From assembly GCA_946613885.1 (NCBI GenBank), contig CAMOGA010000003.1, forward strand, positions 11,764 through 75,763: DNA of 64,000 nucleotides. Reading direction: 5' to 3'. Under the pieces are notes generated by a model. That model had not been told where the DNA came from, ran no database searches, and saw only the letters and a program-made list of their open reading frames with translations. Position numbers and translations under genes: made by a program. Shown here piece after piece: positions 8,654 through 16,485 of this stretch. This stretch comes from an uncultured Pseudomonadota bacterium. GTDB taxonomy: Bacteria; Pseudomonadota; Alphaproteobacteria; Rs-D84. The first letter of the stretch is position 1. The number at the start of each line of letters is the position of its first letter.

Positions 8654-9505
8654 ATGAAAAGAATTTTAATAATTTTCATTGCTACATTTTTCACATCGTT
8701 TAATGCGATTGCATCTGATTTAGATATCGCATTGCAACAAACATATATGTCGTGTATGGGAATTGATGACATGTTATCAGATATGAAAAAGATTGCCGGA
8801 ATTAATACGGTTGTGACTGGTGTTGGTACTGTCGCAGGTGGTGGGGCATTGGTTGCAGGTATCAAGAAACATAATCTGTTGGAGAAACATAATCTGTTGG
8901 AAAAATTAAGAGAATTGGAAGAATCCGAAGATTTTAATCCAGAAGATACAGAAATACACATCACGTATAATCCTAATTTTAAACCAACAACACAATCTCA
9001 GGTAAAAAAACTGGGAAATTGGCGAACGGGTTTATTGGCTGTGAACACCGCAACAAATGTGGCAGGTGCGATAATGGCATCTAAAAATGAACATGATGGA
9101 ATATTACAGGAAAAAATACAATCTTGTATCAATACAGTTGATAAATTACATCCGATATTGATGCAGGCAAAAATGAATCAAGAAGATGTGACCGAGGCCG
9201 AATCAATCTATACCACGTGTTCTGGTTATAAATATATTGATTTATCTGTATTATCAAAACGCGCCAAAGGTGCCAAAATAGCATCTGTTGTTGGCGGTGG
9301 AACTGGTGCTGTGGGTGTTATTGTCAGTCAGGTTGCAAATAAGTCCAGTGGTGATAAAGAGAAAAAATTAGATACTGCATCAAACGTATTGGCGGGCGGT
9401 GCAACGGCATTATCTGGAACCGCAACAGTATTTAATGCGTTGCAAATATCGGCAATAAAAAAAATATCTGACGTTGCACAACAATGCGAGAATTTATTGA
9501 AATGA
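8654..9505 (+). CDS. secreted hypothetical protein with glycine-zipper-like hydrophobic segments
   Basis: Signal peptide. Segments VVTGVGTVAGGGALVAG and VVGGGTGAVGVIV. In-frame 18-nt tandem duplication (KHNLLEKHNLLEK). Confidence 0.7.
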   Translation: MKRILIIFIATFFTSFNAIASDLDIALQQTYMSCMGIDDMLSDMKKIAGINTVVTGVGTVAGGGALVAGIKKHNLLEKHNLLEKLRELEESEDFNPEDTEIHITYNPNFKPTTQSQVKKLGNWRTGLLAVNTATNVAGAIMASKNEHDGILQEKIQSCINTVDKLHPILMQAKMNQEDVTEAESIYTTCSGYKYIDLSVLSKRAKGAKIASVVGGGTGAVGVIVSQVANKSSGDKEKKLDTASNVLAGGATALSGTATVFNALQISAIKKISDVAQQCENLLK

Positions 9506-10533
9506 AAAAAATATTTTTGATTTTTTTAACGGTTTGTTTTGCCAATATGCACGCAGGCAAGTGTGAATATTTTTATTCGTCTTCATTAGAAAGGACGATA
9601 ACAAATGAATTTGCAGAAAAAGCGTCTGCTGTTATGGATGCGTATATAACGAATATGGATCCTGATACTGGTGAAATAGATGAAAACGGTTTTTATAATG
9701 TCTGTTATGCCGGTGGTTATGATGTCGCCACAGAAAAAGGTGCAGAACAATGTGCAAATTTTTTGGAAAAATTACAAGATGACAAACCAAAATATTCAGC
9801 CCCAAAATATTCAGCTGCACAATGTCCTAAAAGTGGTGTGCCCGCACTTACCAAGGGTTGTAAATATATATCAACGAATAATCTTAAGGTATATAACAAT
9901 CCTGCAACAGATGCAGAAAAATTACAAAGATGTATTTTAATCAAGACGGTTGATTGGGCAATAGATAATTACGAAGGTGGTTATCAACATACCACTAATG
10001 ACAGGGGCAGCACTATTTGTAAGGGTGGAAAACCTGTATATACGGATGGTACTGTTGGGGATTGGAAAAGTCTGAACCCGAATAAAACAATTGAATTGGG
10101 TGCAACTAAATTTGGAATCACCACATGTTATAATGAATTTAGTATTGATTGTGTCTGTGGAATGGGCAAATTACAGGCAAAACATTATTATTGGGATGTT
10201 GCACGTAATCATGGATATTTTAAATTTCCAATTGAAGTAATAGCACCAATAATTCAATTTTCTATTTCTGGTGTAGGAAGAATAAAAACAGATTTAAATA
10301 AAATATTAGGTACGAAATGTTCTGGCACAGTTATGGGTGATTGTCAATTAAATGCATTTAATAATAAATATTATACCAACGATGGTAAATTAAGGGTGCA
10401 AGATTTTTATAATGATATTTGCAATGCGCATGCACCAAAATCGACAAAAAGTAAAAATTACAGGCGCGCGATGGAAACCAAAGGTTTAATCAGATTTTAT
10501 GATGAATGTAAAAAAGAATTAGGAATCAACTAA
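9502..10533 (+). CDS. secreted GH108-like protein (paralog-like of 5933..7000)
   Basis: Start at MKKIFLIFL (ATGA overlap with the previous stop). NYEGGYQHTTNDRGSTICKGG...GATKFGITT resembles the GH108 motif. 15-nt in-frame duplication (PKYSAPKYSA). Confidence 0.55.
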   Translation: MKKIFLIFLTVCFANMHAGKCEYFYSSSLERTITNEFAEKASAVMDAYITNMDPDTGEIDENGFYNVCYAGGYDVATEKGAEQCANFLEKLQDDKPKYSAPKYSAAQCPKSGVPALTKGCKYISTNNLKVYNNPATDAEKLQRCILIKTVDWAIDNYEGGYQHTTNDRGSTICKGGKPVYTDGTVGDWKSLNPNKTIELGATKFGITTCYNEFSIDCVCGMGKLQAKHYYWDVARNHGYFKFPIEVIAPIIQFSISGVGRIKTDLNKILGTKCSGTVMGDCQLNAFNNKYYTNDGKLRVQDFYNDICNAHAPKSTKSKNYRRAMETKGLIRFYDECKKELGIN

Positions 10534-10749
10534 TAATATTATCCAATCTGTTTTGGGGATGATTCTGACATTGGTACAAAATTAAAACCACCACAAAAGT
10601 GGTGGTTTGAATTTTCTGGTCGTGCTTAATTAGCAATTCTCGAACCGATATTGTTAAGATTGGGCGGGATATTGAAGGTGTAAAACGAATATTAAATGTT
10701 GAAAAATAGGATCTGTTGGAATATAATCATAATGTACAAAAGATATTAA

Positions 10750-11115
10750 ATGAAAAAAATAATTGCTTTATTTACTGTTTTATTATTGGCTTCCTGTGGG
10801 GTTGTTGGTGTTGGAAAAAATCATCAAACTATTATATATAATAATTCCTCTGATACTATAACTGCTTCTGCTACCAGTGGGGTTTATAAAATAAAACCAG
10901 AAACAAGTTTAACAGTATATTCTACGGATGGAATAGATATTAAAAGCAAAAATGCTAAATGCCAAGAACCAAAGATTACTAGTAATCCAAATGGCGCAGC
11001 CATATTTTTAGATATAATCCCTGGTTTTATGTTTGGTATAATCCCAATATTTGTTGATGCTGTGACGAACAATTTATATCACATGCCAGAATCGTATTAT
11101 TACACTTGTGATTAG
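10750..11115 (+). CDS. small lipoprotein, function unknown
   Basis: 121 aa with lipobox LLASCG. Confidence 0.6.
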   Translation: MKKIIALFTVLLLASCGVVGVGKNHQTIIYNNSSDTITASATSGVYKIKPETSLTVYSTDGIDIKSKNAKCQEPKITSNPNGAAIFLDIIPGFMFGIIPIFVDAVTNNLYHMPESYYYTCD

Positions 11116-11166
11116 TTAAATAATACTGAACGGATTCGAACTTTGTGAAGATATTGGAAAACAAAT

Positions 11167-11196
11167 AAAAAACCGTCTGTTCAGACGGTCTTTGTT
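11167..11196. terminator. bidirectional terminator hairpin
   Basis: AAAAAACCGTCTGTTCAGACGGTCTTTGTT between convergent genes. Confidence 0.6.
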
Positions 11197-11202
11197 AAAA
11201 TA

Positions 11203-11574
11203 TTATCGACTATTAACATATTCTGATTGTAATCTTTCCATTGTTATGTTTTTTGATATATTACCTTGATTGTCGATAACAATCGTGTCGCCACGTTCAG
11301 TGAAAAGTGCAACAAGATTATTGTTATCAATATCATATAATTCTTGTGATAAAAAATATTTTTTTCCTTGCTTGTTAACGGTGTGAATAAATTTTGTTTT
11401 ACAGTGTCCATATGAACTAGGCTGGTTGAATACGCCTATAACACGAACGGTGTCATAAACGGTTGTTTTTGGTTTTTGTGGTGCTGTTGGTTTAACTTCT
11501 TCAACAATGGTATTGTCACACGCACTCATAATTACAGCAGAAGACAAAACAAACAACATTTTCTTTGTTTTCAT
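11203..11574 (-). CDS. small lipoprotein, function unknown
   Basis: 123 aa with lipobox VIMSAC. Confidence 0.6.
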   Translation of the reverse strand: MKTKKMLFVLSSAVIMSACDNTIVEEVKPTAPQKPKTTVYDTVRVIGVFNQPSSYGHCKTKFIHTVNKQGKKYFLSQELYDIDNNNLVALFTERGDTIVIDNQGNISKNITMERLQSEYVNSR

Positions 11575-11706
11575 TTTACATCCTTTTGATTATCTGGTAT
11601 TAATATAAGACAAAATATATTATTTGTCAAGCGTTTGTTAAAAAACTTATTTTATGATTTTGTGTGATAAAATCACATCGCTCCGCCCGATTGTACCAAT
11701 CGCGAC

Positions 11707-11807
11707 GGGGCGAAAGGATTGGCTCGGCATAAATGCCTGCGCCGCATTCGTTAGCACTCAAACTTCGCCAGGGCTCGTTTTCGCTTACTCATAGTCGAAC
11801 CTTGACA
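11707..11807 (-). pseudogene. tRNA-Pro 3'-half fragment split by a 75-nt insert
   Basis: GGGGCGAAAGGATT (11707-11720) and CGAACCTTGACA (11796-11807) match the contiguous tRNA-Pro sequence GGGGCGAAAGGATTCGAACCTTCGACA at 12272-12298. They are separated by a 75-nt insert. Confidence 0.5.
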
Positions 11808-11850
11808 TTGTTTCACAATGCGATGTATCAAATCCAAATTTCGCACCAAA

Positions 11851-12266
11851 CACAAAATTAAAACCACCACAAAAAGTGGTGGTTTGAATTTTCTGGTCGG
11901 GGCGATTCCTCCTCGATACGCAATAATAAAAATCTATAAAAACTCGTATTTACAAACTCCGTTTTTATGATTTTTCTAATTGTGTATTCTCGTATTGGCC
12001 ATGCGCTTCGCTCTGGCCGATCCTTTCGTCCCGCCTTAGGCACAAAATTAAAACCACCATAAAGGTGGTTTGAATTTTGTGGTCGGGGCGATTCCTGCCT
12101 CGATACGCAATAATAAAAATCTATAAAAACTCGTATTTACAAACTCCGTTTTTATGATTTTTCTAATTGTGTATTCTCGTATTGGCCATGCGCTTCGCTC
12201 TGGCCGATCCTTTCGTCCCGCCTTAGGCACAAAATTAAAACCACCATAAAGGTGGTTTGAATTTTG
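11851..12266. repeat. tandem direct repeats (about 190 + 187 bp, third unit runs into tRNA-Pro)
   Basis: Units start at 11851, 12041 and 12228 with CACAAAATTAAAACCACC. Each contains the hairpin AAACCACC..GGTGGTTT and the 12-nt tRNA 3' end TGGTCGGGGCGA (11894, 12080, 12267). Confidence 0.9.
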
Positions 12267-12343
12267 TGGTCGGGGCGAAAGGATTCGAACCTTCGACACC
12301 TTGGTCCCAAACCAAGTACTCTACCAGACTGAGCTACGCCCCG
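12267..12343 (-). tRNA. tRNA-Pro (anticodon UGG), CCA encoded
   Basis: Hand-folded cloverleaf: CGGGGCG acceptor, anticodon loop TTTGGGA, T-arm GAAGG-TTCGAAT-CCTTT, ACCA end. Confidence 0.9.
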
Positions 12344-12452
12344 AAGGTGATGTTTATTATAACCATATTTTTACAAAATGCAAATTATATTTTATTTATT
12401 TGTTTTTATTTTTTCGTTTGTTAATATTACCCATCTGTAAAGACGGTTAAAA

Positions 12453-13277
12453 ATGAAATATACACTACATATGCACACAATTGGTTTTGATGGGCGTAAT
12501 TCTGTTGCTGAAATGGTGAATCGGGCGCGCGAATTGGGGTTTGACACAATCGGTATATCCAACCATTTTATTGTTAATCCAGATATTAAAAATACCAAAA
12601 TGTATTCATATTCTGTGCGGGGTGGGTATAGTAATATTTATTCTGAGAATTTTGATGAAGTTCTGATGCGTTTTGTCCCACTTTATTACGAGATTGAACA
12701 TATTGCAGAACAAAATCCAGATATAAAAATTCTGCGCGGGATGGAGGTAGATTTTTTTAATAATACTAAATGGCTGCATGGTTTTGAACGTGTCATGCAA
12801 ATATTGAACCCGGACTATATAATAGGGGCGGCGCATTTGGTTGAATATAACGGCATGCTAACAAATACGCACGATTGGAAAAAAGCGGATAAGCAAACTC
12901 AAGATATTTTTTTAAAAAATTATTGGAACAAAGTAAAAAACGCGGCAGAATCTGGATTGTTTACATTTATGGCGCATCTGGATTTGCCTAAAAAGGTTAA
13001 TTTGGGACGTGATGAAAAATGGATGGATTATGAAAACAGGGCGGTTGAATCTGTGGCACATACGGGTGGTGCAATTGAAATAAATACTTCTTTTTACCGT
13101 TCGTATTTGTATGAACCATATCCGTCAAATCGTATCTTAGAAATGATAAAGAACGCAAATGTTCCGGTTTTAATCAGTGATGATGCTCATGAAGTAAAAA
13201 ATATCGGTCGCCATTTTGATATGGCACATCAATTAATAACGAATTTTCATTTACAAACATTAAATAAAATTAAATAA
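12453..13277 (+). CDS. PHP-family phosphoesterase (HisJ-type histidinol-phosphatase-like)
   Basis: N-terminal HMHT...DG motif and overall PHP-domain pattern (HLD, DDAH near the C-terminus). Confidence 0.7.
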   Translation: MKYTLHMHTIGFDGRNSVAEMVNRARELGFDTIGISNHFIVNPDIKNTKMYSYSVRGGYSNIYSENFDEVLMRFVPLYYEIEHIAEQNPDIKILRGMEVDFFNNTKWLHGFERVMQILNPDYIIGAAHLVEYNGMLTNTHDWKKADKQTQDIFLKNYWNKVKNAAESGLFTFMAHLDLPKKVNLGRDEKWMDYENRAVESVAHTGGAIEINTSFYRSYLYEPYPSNRILEMIKNANVPVLISDDAHEVKNIGRHFDMAHQLITNFHLQTLNKIK

Positions 13278-13332
13278 ATATTTTTAATCGGCATGTTTTT
13301 ATGATATAATATTTCAAAAAGAGGGGGTCTTT

Positions 13333-13698
13333 ATGAAATATTATTCATTTACATTTTTTATGGTGTGTGCCTTGTTTGCAGCTGGTGCGAATGCGGCGAT
13401 TAATGTTGTTAATAACAACAATGCGACAGCCGATTGGCGTAACGATACATCGTATCAAGAGGCGCAAGAGATTGCAATCTTAGAAAACGATATTCGTTTG
13501 TTGGACCAAGAAATTGAAAAATGCAAAAAGAAGAAAAAGGCATGGACGGCGGCGACCATTGTCGGTGGTGTCGGTGTTGTTGGAACTGGTGTTGCTGCGA
13601 TTGTTCAGGCGAACAAGATAAAAGATAAAAAAGCAGATTTGGCGGACAAACAATCAGAATTAAAAAATCTGAAAAGCGAAGAATCGGCATTAAAGTAA
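13333..13698 (+). CDS. secreted coiled-coil / glycine-zipper protein
   Basis: Signal peptide, EKCKKKKKAW, then TIVGGVGVVGTGVAAIV and a K/E-rich tail. Same layout as the N-terminus of the next gene. Confidence 0.65.
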   Translation: MKYYSFTFFMVCALFAAGANAAINVVNNNNATADWRNDTSYQEAQEIAILENDIRLLDQEIEKCKKKKKAWTAATIVGGVGVVGTGVAAIVQANKIKDKKADLADKQSELKNLKSEESALK

Positions 13699-13708
13699 GG
13701 ATTCCCAA

Positions 13709-15268
13709 ATGAAGAAATGCATATTAATTTCATTAATGATGGCAATCATCCCAACATACGTATTTGGGGCCAGTGCGCGTTATAATCAATTGGTTGCGGA
13801 AAAACAACAAAAGATGGCTGAATTGGAAAAATGCAGTGGTAATATAAATGGATGGAAAATTGCTGGTATATCAACATTGGGATTAACTGCGGTCGGTGTT
13901 GCCGGTAATATTGCATTGTCAAACACGCAAAAAGATTATGATAAAAAGATAGAAAAAACAGACAAACAAATATCAGATACCCAAGAAAATATAAAAAAAT
14001 TAGAAGAACAAAAACGTCTGGCTGCGGCGGAACAAATACTACGTGAACAATGTGAACGGGCAGGTGGAACATATAATAATAGCACTTGCACATGTAATGA
14101 AACAGGCAAAGTGTATCAAAATGGGGCGTGTGTTGTAATAACTGTGACGACTGTGACACAACCGCAGCGACCAACGACTGTTCAACCCACAGATACAACA
14201 GATTGCACAGCTGAAGCAAGGGCGAAAGATGAAAAAGTCATCAAGGCGACCAAGAACGGGGACAAATGTGAAGTTGTTGCCTGTGTTGATACGCATATTG
14301 TTAAAGCGGACAAAACAGGATGTGAATTGAAATCAGAAAATACATCAAAAACACCAACTGTTGCCGATGGAACAGATTGCACAGCTGAAATGTTAAAGAA
14401 AGATAAAAATGTAGCCGAAGCAAAAATCAAAAACGGCAAATGTGAAGTTGTTGCCTGTGTTGATACGCATACGGTTAAAGCGGACAAAACAGGGTGTGAA
14501 TTGAAATCAGAAAATATATCAAAAACACCAACTGTTGCCGATGGAACAGATTGCACAGCAGATGCGCAGAAAACGGATAAAAATGTTACCAAAGCGCACA
14601 TGCAAGATGGTAAATGCGTGGTAGTTGCCTGTGTTGATACGCATACGGTTAAAGCGGACAAAACAGGATGTGAATTGAAATCAGAAAATACATCAAAAAC
14701 ACCAACTGTTGCCGATGGAACAGATTGCACAGCTGAAATGTTAAAGAAAGATAAAAATGTAGCCGAAGCAAAAATCAAAAACGGCAAATGTGAAGTAATC
14801 AGTTGTATCAGCACACATGATGTAAACAATGATAAAACTGGATGCGTAAAAAAGACATCAAAAAATACAAAAGTAAACGATACGCAGAAAACTAAAAAAA
14901 CATCTAAAGGGGATTCTGGATACGACTTTTTTACAAAGTGTAGAGAAAACGGGGGAAGCTATTCTCAGGATATAAAGAATATTAATTACGAACCATTTGC
15001 TGGAGAATGGTGTGAGGTTACGGATCCTGCCATTTGTTCTTCTTTAGGCGCAGGTGTTGAGGTAAAAACATATAACGGAAAGCATATGTGTTTTTTACAA
15101 GGAAAAAAATATTGTAAAATATCTCAAGGCAGTGGCAATCGAACACAAAATTATATGCATGGTACAGTTAAAAAAAATCAACCGTGTACTCTCGGCGATT
15201 TTAATGCAACCGGCGACACATGTGACTGTATATGTAATGATGGAAAATGGAATTGTTATACAAAATAA
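13709..15268 (+). CDS. secreted Cys-rich protein with four 60-aa tandem modules
   Basis: Signal peptide, glycine-zipper segment, 4 x (DCTAE..K..NGKCEVVACVDTH.VKADKTGCELKSEN.SK), Cys-rich C-terminus. Confidence 0.85.
   Translation: MKKCILISLMMAIIPTYVFGASARYNQLVAEKQQKMAELEKCSGNINGWKIAGISTLGLTAVGVAGNIALSNTQKDYDKKIEKTDKQISDTQENIKKLEEQKRLAAAEQILREQCERAGGTYNNSTCTCNETGKVYQNGACVVITVTTVTQPQRPTTVQPTDTTDCTAEARAKDEKVIKATKNGDKCEVVACVDTHIVKADKTGCELKSENTSKTPTVADGTDCTAEMLKKDKNVAEAKIKNGKCEVVACVDTHTVKADKTGCELKSENISKTPTVADGTDCTADAQKTDKNVTKAHMQDGKCVVVACVDTHTVKADKTGCELKSENTSKTPTVADGTDCTAEMLKKDKNVAEAKIKNGKCEVISCISTHDVNNDKTGCVKKTSKNTKVNDTQKTKKTSKGDSGYDFFTKCRENGGSYSQDIKNINYEPFAGEWCEVTDPAICSSLGAGVEVKTYNGKHMCFLQGKKYCKISQGSGNRTQNYMHGTVKKNQPCTLGDFNATGDTCDCICNDGKWNCYTK
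14171..14890 (+). repeat. 4 x 180-bp in-frame tandem repeat inside CDS 13709..15268
   Basis: Units 2 and 4 are nearly identical at the nucleotide level (ACACCAACTGTTGCCGATGGAACAGATTGCACAGCTGAAATGTTAAAG...). Confidence 0.9.
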
Positions 15269-15336
15269 ATAACAAACCACAGGCTTGCATGTTGAATGGT
15301 CAAACTTTTGTAATCAGCTGATTGGTGTATATTAAA

Positions 15337-15364
15337 TTTTTACCCCGCCTGTGGCGGGGTAAAA
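15337..15364. terminator. bidirectional terminator
   Basis: TTTTACCCCGCC-TGT-GGCGGGGTAAAA between convergent genes. Confidence 0.75.
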
Positions 15365-15370
15365 TATTAT

Positions 15371-16465
15371 TTACTTATTCGTCAATTGTAATTCGATACG
15401 ACGGTTGCGCTGTAAACTTTTGGCATCGCCACCCAAATCAACCGGTGATAAAGAACCAAATCCAGACGGCACCAGACGGCGTTTTGATACACCATTTTTT
15501 ATCAATTCATGGGCAACCGCTGTCGCGCGCAATAATGACAATTCCATATTGTTTTTATAACCAACTGTTCCTGGACGAACGGCCTTGTTATCTGTATGAC
15601 CATCAACACGAATTATCCAATCAATATCGGTCGGAATCTTGGTTTCAAAATCTTTGATAACACCGGCCAATAATTTTAATTGTTTTTTACCATCTGGTGA
15701 TATTTTATAAGAACCACTGGGGAACAAAATATCAGATGACACAATAAATCTATCCCCATCAGGACGCACAGTTGTTCTGTCGCCCAATGCGATTTTAACC
15801 TGTTTGTAAAATTCTGATTGGTATTGATTTAACGAATTTAATTCTGCCACTTTTTCTGCCAATGCCTTATTCAAACGTTCAGACATTGCAGCATATTCAA
15901 TTTCTTTTTGTTTTGCAGATTCTTCGGCCGCAGATAAAGCGGATTCTAATTCGTTTATACGCGATGTTAATTCATCAATTTCAATGTTCGCCTGATCCAA
16001 AATATCTTGGCGGTCTTCGGCACCTTGTTCAGATATTTCTTGTTTTTCTGCAACAGCCAATTGTAATTGTTCTGTCAATGAAGCAATCTGTTGTGCCAAT
16101 TGTGCCTGTTGAGCAGTTAATTGCGCAATTTGTGTTTCGTACGCATTTGCCAAATTTTCCGTCTGGGTTTGCTGTTTTTCAATTTTATTTTCTTGTTCAA
16201 TTAACGCATCACGTGCGGCAATTAATAATTGTTCAGCCTCTTGCTTATCAGCGGTCATTTGTTCAATTTGTTCGGCCTGTTCCTGGGTCGCCTGAGTCAA
16301 TTCAGCAACCTTTTTTGCCCCAGTATTTTTATTAAACACACTGGTTGTTGTCCACAAAAACACAAACACGATTAACAAGAATATCAATATGATAACCAGG
16401 TTAGAAAATAAATCTACAAATCCTGGCCATGCATTTGTTTTTTCGCGAAAACGTATATTTAACAT
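15371..16465 (-). CDS. MotB/OmpA-like stator B subunit with long coiled coil
   Basis: N-terminal WPGFVDLFSNLVIILIF (MotB-type TM helix with Asp), ~200-aa Q/E/A-rich coiled coil, C-terminal OmpA-like domain (RVDGHTDN...LSLLRATAV...NRRIELQL). Confidence 0.8.
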   Translation of the reverse strand: MLNIRFREKTNAWPGFVDLFSNLVIILIFLLIVFVFLWTTTSVFNKNTGAKKVAELTQATQEQAEQIEQMTADKQEAEQLLIAARDALIEQENKIEKQQTQTENLANAYETQIAQLTAQQAQLAQQIASLTEQLQLAVAEKQEISEQGAEDRQDILDQANIEIDELTSRINELESALSAAEESAKQKEIEYAAMSERLNKALAEKVAELNSLNQYQSEFYKQVKIALGDRTTVRPDGDRFIVSSDILFPSGSYKISPDGKKQLKLLAGVIKDFETKIPTDIDWIIRVDGHTDNKAVRPGTVGYKNNMELSLLRATAVAHELIKNGVSKRRLVPSGFGSLSPVDLGGDAKSLQRNRRIELQLTNK

Positions 16466-16485
16466 TTTTCCCCCCTGTAATTTAT

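Noticed and set aside
11858-12299. ORFs 11858..12043 and 12048..12299 (61 and 83 aa, nearly identical peptides)
   Set aside because: They are translations of the tandem repeat units and of the tRNA-Pro gene itself. There is no RBS, and identical peptides arise only because the DNA repeats.
10534-12343. Calling the tRNA-Pro-adjacent segment a mobile element or genomic island
   Set aside because: There is no integrase, transposase or conjugation gene, and the cargo is only two small lipoprotein genes. It is reported as att-like repeat scars rather than as a mobile_element feature.
14182-14829. 215-aa antisense ORF inside the 13709..15268 repeat region
   Set aside because: Its length is a by-product of the 180-bp tandem repeat (the same stop-free antisense frame is copied four times). 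The sense frame has a signal peptide, a conserved Cys pattern and paralogous modules elsewhere.
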